Shown: in pieces, positions 9,409-17,719 of the stretch | Layout of the letters: the number at the start of each line of letters is the position of its first letter | How positions within the stretch are numbered: the stretch's first letter is position 1 | Origin: a virus | DNA: 64,000 bases | IMG/VR virus record: IMGVR_UViG_3300045988_126140 | Coordinates: 69,599-133,598 of that record | Direction: 5' to 3' (one strand) | Notes under the pieces: generated by a model | Databases searched by the model: none | Seen by the model: only the letters and a program-made list of their open reading frames with translations | Told to the model about the DNA's origin: nothing | Position numbers and translations under genes: made by a program

Positions 9409-9439
9409 AAAAAAATATGGGGACATTTCTGCCCCCATA
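9409..9439 (-). terminator. intrinsic terminator after major tail gene
   Basis: Hairpin TATGGGG..CCCCATA (9416..9439), followed on the minus strand by seven U (9409..9415). Confidence 0.75.
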
Positions 9440-9461
9440 AGTTAAAATTTATTAATTATTT

Positions 9462-9971
9462 TTATACACTTGCTTTATCTTCTTCAAATGTCATAAAATC
9501 TCCATTTGTATCAGTACCTATATCAAAAGTTACAGAATAAGTTTGTAAATCTAATGAACTTGTACCAAAGTCTTCAGTTATTTGTGGAGTACAATTAGCT
9601 ATTGTTGCATTTAATATTTTTCTTGTACCATCTGGGAATTTTAATTTCATTTTTCCTGTATAAGTATAAGTAGTAGATGGAGAATCACCTATATGTACTT
9701 TACCTTCTGCATCTTTTGTAGCTCCTAAAGTAACTAAGAACATATCAAAATTCATAACTTCCATTTCTGCTGTGAAAGTCATGGCTTTATTTGCTTTTAA
9801 TGTTATTTTATTTTTACCATCAGCTCTAGCATTTAAAGTGTCTTCTGATTGACCTAAATTAAATGCATTTACATAATCTAATGCTACGTCTTTATCTGTT
9901 CCAGTTTCACCGTTTGGATGAAGTTTCCCTTGCATAGCACCTTCTATTACGAATAAAGTTTCTTGTGCCAT
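9462..9971 (-). CDS. major tail protein, putative
   Basis: 169 aa beta-rich ORF with a strong SD, placed last of the connector cluster and followed by a strong terminator. The call rests on size and position only. Confidence 0.5.
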   Translation of the reverse strand: MAQETLFVIEGAMQGKLHPNGETGTDKDVALDYVNAFNLGQSEDTLNARADGKNKITLKANKAMTFTAEMEVMNFDMFLVTLGATKDAEGKVHIGDSPSTTYTYTGKMKLKFPDGTRKILNATIANCTPQITEDFGTSSLDLQTYSVTFDIGTDTNGDFMTFEEDKASV

Positions 9972-9999
9972 TTCACATTACCTCCATTTTATTAATTAT

Positions 10000-10740
10000 T
10001 TATTCATCCCTCATTAGTCTTGTACCCATATACCAAGGGGGAATTTCTTTACCTTTATATGCTCCTGCAATAGCAAGTTTCCAAGCCAATTCGCAATCTT
10101 CCATTGCTTTCATTGATTTATAAGTGTCTTGTAATTGCCAAGCAGTCCAATTTTTTATTTCTTCATACGTAATTTTTCTCGTATGTATTACTTGTCTTAC
10201 TATTTCTTCAAAATATATAGCATTTTTTTTCATTTGTTTTTCTTTGTATTCTTTTTCATACTTTTCAAATAATGCTATATCTTCAGCCGAACCTTCAATC
10301 TTTTGCTTGATTTCTTTTTTAGGTTCATCATAATACATTATTTCTAAAACAATTTTAGACAATATATTAAAATTGCTATCGTCTATAAAAGATTCAATAT
10401 TATCTTGAGATTTAATAAATATACTATATCCTTTATCTCCACAATTTTTTAACTTTATATCTTTCGTATCATATAAAATCATAAGATATAATATTAAATC
10501 TACTAATAAAGATTTATTCTTTTGAGATAAGGTATAATATATATTAAAAGGCATTTCCACTTCTTCAAAAGCACCATTATTATTCCAATATCGAACCATA
10601 TAAAAAGGCTTTATAAATTCTATACTATCTACCACTTCTATAAAGGTTTGAACCTTGGGTTGTTTAATAATGCCCAAATTAAATTCTTTTAAATCAATAT
10701 CTTTACCAGATAATAATTCTTTAGTGAATTTACATTTCAT
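10000..10740 (-). CDS. hypothetical virion/morphogenesis protein
   Basis: 246 aa ORF in the head-tail joining cluster. Its stop lies in a 15-mer variant. Confidence 0.5.
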   Translation of the reverse strand: MKCKFTKELLSGKDIDLKEFNLGIIKQPKVQTFIEVVDSIEFIKPFYMVRYWNNNGAFEEVEMPFNIYYTLSQKNKSLLVDLILYLMILYDTKDIKLKNCGDKGYSIFIKSQDNIESFIDDSNFNILSKIVLEIMYYDEPKKEIKQKIEGSAEDIALFEKYEKEYKEKQMKKNAIYFEEIVRQVIHTRKITYEEIKNWTAWQLQDTYKSMKAMEDCELAWKLAIAGAYKGKEIPPWYMGTRLMRDE

Positions 10741-11257
10741 TGAAATATCTCACTGTAACACTTGTTATATAAGTGTTGTAATCAATTGGTATTGAATAAT
10801 TTTGTGATGTAGTTCCTATAATTGGTTTTCCAATAGCCTCTAATCTTTCATCTTCTCTAAGAATTTCATTTATTCTTTTGTAAATGATAACATCTCTTGA
10901 ACCATTTAATGTATTGGAACAACTATTGTGACAAACTACACCTATATCTAATCTAAAAGAACTTATAAATGAAGAGGTTTTACCATTATTTAAAGAAGCT
11001 GGTTCATCTTTATACATATTTAAAAATATATAACAATCAGATTCAAATATAGCGTCAAAGAGTTTATTAACTCTACGGTCTATAAATATTTTTTTATCAT
11101 TAAGGTTCTTTATAGGCTCTTTTACTTTAGGTAGAGATAAAATATCATCTTCAGTGGTGTTCGTATAATACAACATTTTATTAATTGTATCATCAAGCAT
11201 TAAAAGAGTTCCCACTTTATTTATATATCTATCTGGAAATGTTATTAACTTGCCCAT
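10730..11257 (-). CDS. hypothetical head-tail joining protein
   Basis: 175 aa ORF, translationally coupled to its neighbours. Confidence 0.5.
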   Translation of the reverse strand: MGKLITFPDRYINKVGTLLMLDDTINKMLYYTNTTEDDILSLPKVKEPIKNLNDKKIFIDRRVNKLFDAIFESDCYIFLNMYKDEPASLNNGKTSSFISSFRLDIGVVCHNSCSNTLNGSRDVIIYKRINEILREDERLEAIGKPIIGTTSQNYSIPIDYNTYITSVTVRYFNEM

Positions 11258-11258
11258 T

Positions 11259-12254
11259 TTAAGATGCCCCCAATCCTCTTATTGTTATATTTTTAATATC
11301 TATAGTTTCACCATTCTTATTTTTTGCTATTAAAGTAATAACTTCTCCAATAATATCAAAATCTAAATCTACAGATATAGTACATTCTTTATTATTTGCA
11401 TTAGTAATTTTACAAAAACCATAATCAAAATCTAATTCAAAATTTACTTCTTCGTCATATTGAATTTTATAAATTAAATCTTCACCTATATGTATTTTAT
11501 CATTTCCTTCTATTTCTCCAGATTTAACAGACGAGTCATAAAAAGGATTATAAGCAACTAAATTATCGTCATCGTCTTCAACTAATTGAGTAGTTTCAAG
11601 TAACAACCATTTGATTAATCCATCACCAGGAGTTTCTCTTCTAGTATACTCAAAATCATTTTTATGAGTTATTTTATAAGCTTGTCTATCTTTTCCCATA
11701 AGTCTTGCACCGACTTTCAAACTAGAAGTTATCGGATTAGAACCTACTAAAACTGTTCTTTTTGCATCTAGGTTAGAAATATATTTATAATCGTGAATAC
11801 CTTTAGAATACATTGTTAAGTTAGTAATATTAACTGGTGTTCTATAAATTTCACCTTTGTATCCAATATTGAACCATTCATTACATCGTTTTAATGTATA
11901 CTTTTTATGAGTCATTGTACTTATTACTTCTTCAAATTCTAATATGTAATATGATTTATTCCAATATATATAACTACCCACATCCACAGGACATTCTAAT
12001 CTACAAACTAAATATTTTTCATCAAATGCTGTTTTATCATTATCAGCTACGTCTTTTATAATCATTCTTTCATGAAGATTAGTTTCTTTATTTATTAATT
12101 CATCTGGTCTCGTATATTGGATTTCATAAGCACTTCGAGCCTCTTTAGTTAAGTAAAACTCAAAGTCGTTAATCATATCATTTCTTTCTTTTTCCTCTAT
12201 TGTATTAAAATCTTTTAGATTTCTTTTTCTATATTTTTCAAAGTAATTACTCAT
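11259..12254 (-). CDS. hypothetical structural protein with Ig-like C-terminal region
   Basis: 331 aa. The C-terminal ~90 aa look beta-sandwich/Big-like (..TISVDLDFDIIGEVITLIAKNKNGETIDIKNITIRG). Location between capsid and tail genes. Confidence 0.45.
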   Translation of the reverse strand: MSNYFEKYRKRNLKDFNTIEEKERNDMINDFEFYLTKEARSAYEIQYTRPDELINKETNLHERMIIKDVADNDKTAFDEKYLVCRLECPVDVGSYIYWNKSYYILEFEEVISTMTHKKYTLKRCNEWFNIGYKGEIYRTPVNITNLTMYSKGIHDYKYISNLDAKRTVLVGSNPITSSLKVGARLMGKDRQAYKITHKNDFEYTRRETPGDGLIKWLLLETTQLVEDDDDNLVAYNPFYDSSVKSGEIEGNDKIHIGEDLIYKIQYDEEVNFELDFDYGFCKITNANNKECTISVDLDFDIIGEVITLIAKNKNGETIDIKNITIRGLGAS

Positions 12255-12657
12255 TTATGTCAACTCCTCTTGTGGCATAACCTATTCTTAACTTTCTTAA
12301 TTCTTTAACATACATTTCTCTAGTTTTCAAAAGGTTATTCAATAAGGTTGCAGGTGACTTAATAGAATATTCACTATCTGTTATATGAATAGTTAACGCA
12401 TCTCTATTAAGTATTTTTGTATCTACAAAAGGAATTAACATACCTTTAGCTAATATTTGTTTTTCTTTCCAATTTAATTCAGATTTAAAATAGCCGTCCT
12501 CTATAGTTAAATCTTGTTTGCATTGTTCAAAATTAGATATTGAAACATATAAATAGGATTCTAACAAATCTTCAAGGACGGATTCATCTATTTCTAATAA
12601 ATCATCTTTACCTAAATGTTTTAGAAATAAATCATAAATTTCTGTAACAGGTGTCAT
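12247..12657 (-). CDS. head-tail connector/adaptor protein, putative
   Basis: 136 aa acidic helical ORF, second gene after the capsid gene. Call by position only. Confidence 0.4.
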   Translation of the reverse strand: MTPVTEIYDLFLKHLGKDDLLEIDESVLEDLLESYLYVSISNFEQCKQDLTIEDGYFKSELNWKEKQILAKGMLIPFVDTKILNRDALTIHITDSEYSIKSPATLLNNLLKTREMYVKELRKLRIGYATRGVDINE

Positions 12658-12667
12658 TTAATCACCT

Positions 12668-13288
12668 CTAATCAATATCTAGTAATTGTTCTCTACCTAG
12701 TAAATCACATAATATTTTTTCTTTTCTTCTTGATAACTCGAAATCACTTTCTTCTGATTTAGTCATCATTATTGCTTTGCAGGCTAGATTTCTTAGGAAT
12801 GATTCTTTTCTATTTTGAATTTTTCTTTCAAATCTATCATCTGGAAGATTTAATAATTCTTCAGCTTTAGCAGTTAATTGACTTTCTTCACTATTATAAA
12901 TAGAAGCTATACCAACGTAATCTACAACATTATCTATTGTGTATTCATCTGATAATACGTCTGTTACAATTATCAGATAATCTTTAAAAAAAGATTTACA
13001 TTTATTTGCAACTTCCCATAATTCTGCTAAAGATATTTCAGTATATTCGTTTGGAAGTAAATCAAAATATACTTCTTCATTCTTATTCATATAAATAACA
13101 CTCATAAAAGACATATTACAAATCTGAACATATATTTCATCTTGATTCTTTTTTAGTTCCATGTTAATTTGTCTTTTAGTTTTTTTCTTTTCTATTTTTT
13201 CTTCTACCTTTTCCATAACATCTTCGGTTACTTCATTGGCAGTTTTCGCTTTAGTTGATTTAGTAGTAGCTTTTTTTATTTTTTCCAT
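12668..13288 (-). CDS. hypothetical protein (K/E-rich N-terminus)
   Basis: 206 aa ORF with SD, immediately after the capsid terminator. Confidence 0.5.
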   Translation of the reverse strand: MEKIKKATTKSTKAKTANEVTEDVMEKVEEKIEKKKTKRQINMELKKNQDEIYVQICNMSFMSVIYMNKNEEVYFDLLPNEYTEISLAELWEVANKCKSFFKDYLIIVTDVLSDEYTIDNVVDYVGIASIYNSEESQLTAKAEELLNLPDDRFERKIQNRKESFLRNLACKAIMMTKSEESDFELSRRKEKILCDLLGREQLLDID

Positions 13289-13307
13289 TTTGTTTATTCT
13301 CCCTTCT

Positions 13308-13341
13308 AAATTAAATAAAGCACTACCAATAAAGTAGTGCT
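13308..13341 (-). terminator. terminator after capsid gene
   Basis: Hairpin AGCACTAC..GTAGTGCT (13319..13341) followed by a U-rich tail on the minus strand. Preceded by a 15-mer variant (13348..13362). Confidence 0.6.
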
Positions 13342-13365
13342 ATGTTAATTATTAATTATTTTTGA

Positions 13366-13545
13366 TTAGTTTTGTATTTTTATTATAGCGTAAGTAGAAG
13401 CTACAGCTACACCTAAATGTACCATACGGTTCATTTCCATTTCGATTTGATAATCTTTTCTAGCTCCAGTAGTATCTTCGTTTAATTCTACATCGCCTAA
13501 TCTTCGCATAAGGTCGTTACTCTTATACCGTTCTCTAAGGAACTG
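13366..13545 (-). CDS. major capsid protein, exon 2 (5' boundary provisional)
   Basis: Frame encodes ..NDLMRRLGDVELNEDTTGARKDYQIEMEMNRMVHLGVAVASTYAIIKIQN*, a plausible capsid C-terminus with no start codon or SD of its own. In frame with 13904..14776 if 13546..13903 is removed. Confidence 0.6.
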   Translation of the reverse strand, partial: QFLRERYKSNDLMRRLGDVELNEDTTGARKDYQIEMEMNRMVHLGVAVASTYAIIKIQN

Positions 13546-13903
13546 CTCATGCTTTCACATGAGAGGAGACTATTTCTTCACCCTATATTTATAGGGGCAA
13601 CCCACTTCCGCCCACTTGGGTGTACGAACTTGCGTTCTAGTCGTTGGAGTTTTTCCTCGTTATATTATAAATTTATTTATAACAGGGGAACTTACCTGCA
13701 TGAACAGGGATTGTAATGAATTTAATCATCTAGTGTTTAGGATTTAACCATGCACCATCTCTACGTTTTTTCTACTTTCGTGCCGTTACGTTTTAGTTTT
13801 CACTATCCGCTTTGGTGTAGAGCTTTACCCATTACCTGCAATTCAAGTTGTGTCCTATACCGATTGCTCGATATACGAGGCGTTAAGCTACGTTTAGCTC
13901 GTT
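13546..13903 (-). ncRNA. putative ORF-less group I-like self-splicing intron in the capsid gene (boundaries +/- tens of nt)
   Basis: About 360 nt, visibly GC-richer and helix-rich, between two capsid reading-frame segments. The proposed 5' exon ends in U (13904) and the insert ends in G (13546) after hairpin CTCATG..CATGAG (13546..13563). Contains CCUAAAC and ACAAUCCC strings reminiscent of phage group IA cores (from memory). Confidence 0.55.
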
Positions 13904-14776
13904 ACCTTCATATCCTAATTTTACAATTGACTCACCGGCTGGTAGTAAAATCAAGTATTTATCTTCTATATCAAATTTACCTACTTCTTTATCATAATAG
14001 TTTGGTAATGGAACTAATGGAGTACCTTCAAATACTCTAGTGTAACCATAATTTCTTCTATCATCTTTTTCTGCGTCAGATAAGAAAGTAGCATCACTTT
14101 TTACATGAGCTAATGCTGATTTAGTACCTAATATTTGTACTTCTGCACCTGTATGGTCAGAAACTTTAGCTATCATTTCTCTTAATGTTTCTGCTAAAGC
14201 AGTATCATTAGAGGCTTTGCATAAATTTGGATTTCCAGAAGCATCATAAGCTCCGTATAAAGTTTTAGTTACTAAAGTACATATTTTTTTATCAAAAGAT
14301 TTAGAAACTCTTTCTACGAATAATGTCCAATCTATAGCACCTTTTAAGAAATCGAACATTTCTGCATAGATTTTGATACCTAGTCTAAAACCTTTAGTAT
14401 CAACTTTTCTATCAAAAATTCTTTGTCTATGAACAGTTTTGACACCAGTAGCCATTAAACTAACTTTAAATAATTCATCATTTTGTACTAAATATTCTTT
14501 TTTATCACCTAAATCAAATGTTTCAACATCAACTAAATCTCCATAAGATTCCATAGTTATTTCATTATGTGTTACTGTTATTAATTCTTCTAATAACTCA
14601 AATACAATAGTACCATTTCTATCTAACCATCTTTTATATTTAGATTTCTTTTCTGGTAATGGTTCTACTTTTTCAAATATCATATTTCTGATTATATCAG
14701 ATGCTTCCTTTTTAGAATAATTACATACTCCATTATGTAAATCTACTATCATTTGTCTAACATCGTTATCTATCAT
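13904..14776 (-). CDS. major capsid protein, exon 1
   Basis: The ORF 13883..14776 runs into the structured insert and stops 7 codons after ..KLGYEG. Size, position after the scaffold gene and downstream terminator fit a capsid gene. Confidence 0.65.
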
Positions 14777-14817
14777 TATTTATAACCTCCTAATTTTATT
14801 AATTGTTTTTCTTGATT

Positions 14818-15327
14818 TTAATAGAATAATATTTTAACCATATCTCTACCTTGTACTGTAAGTACCTCTACAACTTCACCAACTATTCTTTTAGCTCCTG
14901 TTTCACCAACATCTGGAGCAGTGTATTTTTTAAGATTATGTGAACTAGCTTTAACAGTTAATTGGTCTCCTACGGCAACAGTTTCGTCTATAAGTGTTTT
15001 TTCTATAGTGACAACCATTCCTTTATGTAAGAAATAACCTCTCACAGGGTTTCCTGCTTCTGTATCTGGATAATCTCCATGATTCCACATATCTCTTTTT
15101 TCATATCTATGACCGTCAGATGCTACCATAGCTAATATTTTATTAGCGTCATCTTCTAAATCAGTTACTTTGTAACATTCACCTTCTGCTCCTATATCAG
15201 ATACTTTAGCTAAAGTATTATCAGCAAGTCCTTTTACTAATACTACTTCTCCATTTTTTAATGCTTCATCTTCGCATATTATTGATTTGGCAAAATTATC
15301 TTCTACATAATTTAATATTTGTATCAT
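14818..15327 (-). CDS. hypothetical head protein (decoration/scaffold-associated?)
   Basis: 169 aa ORF with strong SD between the scaffold and capsid genes. Confidence 0.45.
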   Translation of the reverse strand: MIQILNYVEDNFAKSIICEDEALKNGEVVLVKGLADNTLAKVSDIGAEGECYKVTDLEDDANKILAMVASDGHRYEKRDMWNHGDYPDTEAGNPVRGYFLHKGMVVTIEKTLIDETVAVGDQLTVKASSHNLKKYTAPDVGETGAKRIVGEVVEVLTVQGRDMVKILFY

Positions 15328-15352
15328 TATTTATACCTCCTAATTTTGTTAA

Positions 15353-16627
15353 TTATTTTTTGTTTTTCCATTTTTCCAATCTACCACCGTAAGGTGCATT
15401 AGAATCCGTAAATTCTTCATTTGGATTTATTATACCTACTGAATTAGCTTTTCCATGTTTAGTTTTACTAAATGATTGAGCTTCTTTAACTTGTTTAGCC
15501 CACATTATAGCTAATTTTCCTTCATATTCTTCTTTAGATATTTCATGTTTTAATACTGTGTCTTGAAGTACTTTAGCATCTTCTGTATCTAAAGAATATT
15601 TTTCAGTTATAGAATCAATTTCTAATTTAAATTGTTTAGCATCGCTATCAGCTTTAAATTGTTTTAATTCTTCATAATCACTCATGTTTTCTAATTGAGT
15701 TTTTAATTCTTCATATTCAACTTTTAATTGGTCAAAAGCAGTTTTTAATTGTGCATATTTTTCATCTTCTGTGTTATCTTCAACAGAATGATTTTCCTTA
15801 TCTTTATCTTCTTCCTCTTCTGAACAATCTTCTTTCTTTTCTTCAGAATTATCTTGAGAACATTCTTCTTTTTGTTCTTCTTCATCTGGAGTGAAATCTT
15901 CTTGTTGAGTTTCCTCTTGATTTTCAAATTCTTCAGTTTCTTGAACTTCTTGATTTTCAAACTCTTTGTCCATTGTTTCACCTCCCTTTTCTAAAGAATA
16001 AATTTTCTTCATTTTTTCTAATTCAGTTTTAACATCTCCACAAGTGAACAGAGATAAGTTAGCTCCTGCCATAGCAGGTTTAACACCTACACCAAGCATT
16101 GTTATACCTAAAAAAGTAAAATCAGTTATTTCAAAGAATCCATCTTCTCTAAAGCTGAAATCGTCAACATTTATTTCCATAGATACTTCTAATACACCAT
16201 CGTTAGAATCTAATATATCAAGTAATTGTTGGGAATACTCCCTCCATATTAATGCTGTGCAAGATAAATATTTCTTACCGTCTTTTTCTACTTGTGTAAT
16301 TATAGTATCTTCTGGAACAAATCCATAAGCTTTTTCAAGGTATATTAATTGATAGTCATAACCATCTGGAGTATCAGTAGCCTCCATTTTAGTATCATGT
16401 CCACCTAAAACCCATTTGTCATCTTCATTTTTATAAACATGAGCTAATAAGGGTATGCCTCTAATACTTTTTTCAGCACATTTCATTTGTGTTTCTGAAT
16501 CAAACCAAGAACCATTTAAATTATCTTGGTCGTGGCATGCAAGTATTCTACAGGGAACGAATCTACTATCACTTGAAGATTTAAAAACTTCCATTTCACT
16601 ATATAATTTTAAATGTTTATTTCCCAA
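15353..16627 (-). CDS. scaffolding protein, possibly fused to an N-terminal prohead-protease-like domain
   Basis: Long acidic low-complexity centre (EEFENQEETQQEDF..) and a coiled-coil C-terminus typical of scaffolds. TTG start. N-terminal ~200 aa are globular. Confidence 0.45.
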   Translation of the reverse strand: MGNKHLKLYSEMEVFKSSSDSRFVPCRILACHDQDNLNGSWFDSETQMKCAEKSIRGIPLLAHVYKNEDDKWVLGGHDTKMEATDTPDGYDYQLIYLEKAYGFVPEDTIITQVEKDGKKYLSCTALIWREYSQQLLDILDSNDGVLEVSMEINVDDFSFREDGFFEITDFTFLGITMLGVGVKPAMAGANLSLFTCGDVKTELEKMKKIYSLEKGGETMDKEFENQEVQETEEFENQEETQQEDFTPDEEEQKEECSQDNSEEKKEDCSEEEEDKDKENHSVEDNTEDEKYAQLKTAFDQLKVEYEELKTQLENMSDYEELKQFKADSDAKQFKLEIDSITEKYSLDTEDAKVLQDTVLKHEISKEEYEGKLAIMWAKQVKEAQSFSKTKHGKANSVGIINPNEEFTDSNAPYGGRLEKWKNKK

Positions 16628-16651
16628 TTCTAATTCACACCCCCTTTCTTC

Positions 16652-16837
16652 TTAGAAAAATAATTTATTAGAAAACATGAATTTTCTTTTATCTTCATTA
16701 CTGAATTTAACTTTAGTACTATTAAGAAAAATATAAACAGTTTTATTATCTATAATACCTTCAGATAAAAACACTAATCCTCGATTTAAAAGTTCATGTT
16801 TATCTTCTTCATTAAATGCATATATGAATTTATTCAT
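16652..16837 (-). CDS. hypothetical protein
   Basis: 61 aa ORF between the subtilase and scaffold genes. Confidence 0.4.
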   Translation of the reverse strand: MNKFIYAFNEEDKHELLNRGLVFLSEGIIDNKTVYIFLNSTKVKFSNEDKRKFMFSNKLFF

Positions 16838-16847
16838 AATATATCAC

Positions 16848-17699
16848 CTACTCATTTATATATAAAAATCCCTCACCTTGAAGTTTTGAACTTATGCCCA
16901 AGTCTTTAGTATGCTTAATAAGTCTTGCATACAACTCTTCTTCTGAAGGAATTCTACCATATTTATTTATAAATTTTTCTCTTAATAATAATGATGCTCC
17001 TGTAACTATAGGTGCTGACATTGAAGTTCCACTGCTCTTACACCATTTATTATCGAAGTATACAGATACAATATCTGTTCCAACAGCTACTATATCCACC
17101 CATTCGTTACTATTACTATATCTAGCAATAGATAAATCTTGATTTACTGCACCAACGTTTACACATTCTTGATAACTAGCAGGATATCCATATTCATCTG
17201 TATTTGCATTTTCATCACCGTCATTACCTGCTGAAGTAACAACAAGAATACCACGTGTATTAGCTTCTTTTACTAATTCATGTAATTCTTCATCACTTTT
17301 GGTGCTTCCTAAACTCATAGATATTACATGAACATTTTGTTCTAAGGCATATTTAAAAGCATTTATAATACTTTTCATATCACCTTCACCTTTAGAGTTT
17401 AGTGCTTTAGCAACTACTACTTCACACTCTGGTGCTATTTGTATTACCTCACCTATACAGAAACTACCATGATTATTTTTATCAGTATAATCTTCTGAAG
17501 TTCCTTCATTTGTAAAATTTTTGCCTGCTACAATATTATTAACTATAAATGAATGAGAATGTGAACCTGTATCAATAATACAAACTCTTTGTCCTTTTCC
17601 GTTATATCCTTGTTCATGTAAAACTTGTATATTAGAAAGTTGTATTCCTTTACATATATAATTCTCATAAGGATTTGTTGATAAAATATTATAATCCAT
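16848..17699 (-). CDS. subtilisin-like (S8) serine protease
   Basis: Catalytic triad contexts VCIIDTGS (Asp), NHGSFCIG (His) and SGTSMSAPIVTG (Ser). Confidence 0.8.
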   Translation of the reverse strand: MDYNILSTNPYENYICKGIQLSNIQVLHEQGYNGKGQRVCIIDTGSHSHSFIVNNIVAGKNFTNEGTSEDYTDKNNHGSFCIGEVIQIAPECEVVVAKALNSKGEGDMKSIINAFKYALEQNVHVISMSLGSTKSDEELHELVKEANTRGILVVTSAGNDGDENANTDEYGYPASYQECVNVGAVNQDLSIARYSNSNEWVDIVAVGTDIVSVYFDNKWCKSSGTSMSAPIVTGASLLLREKFINKYGRIPSEEELYARLIKHTKDLGISSKLQGEGFLYINE

Positions 17700-17719
17700 T
17701 ATATCACCTCCTTATTTTT

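Noticed and set aside
13750-14040. Plus-strand 96-aa ORF spanning the capsid insert.
   Set aside because: It is antisense to the capsid exon and the structured insert and has no SD. Its openness is explained by the locally higher GC content.
15745-15981. Minus-strand K-rich 78-aa ORF inside the scaffold gene.
   Set aside because: It is an alternative frame of the acidic low-complexity region, where GAA/GAT repeats read as AAG/AAA. It has no independent start signals.
2295-17142. Plus-strand ORFs in the leftward arm: 2295..2633, 2570..2857, 4634..4840, 6987..7397, 8661..8876, 10124..10333, 16044..16328, 16455..16655, 16894..17142.
   Set aside because: All lie antisense inside longer, well-supported minus-strand genes. 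They have no SD and show the F/I/L/S-rich composition typical of shadow frames in AT-rich DNA.
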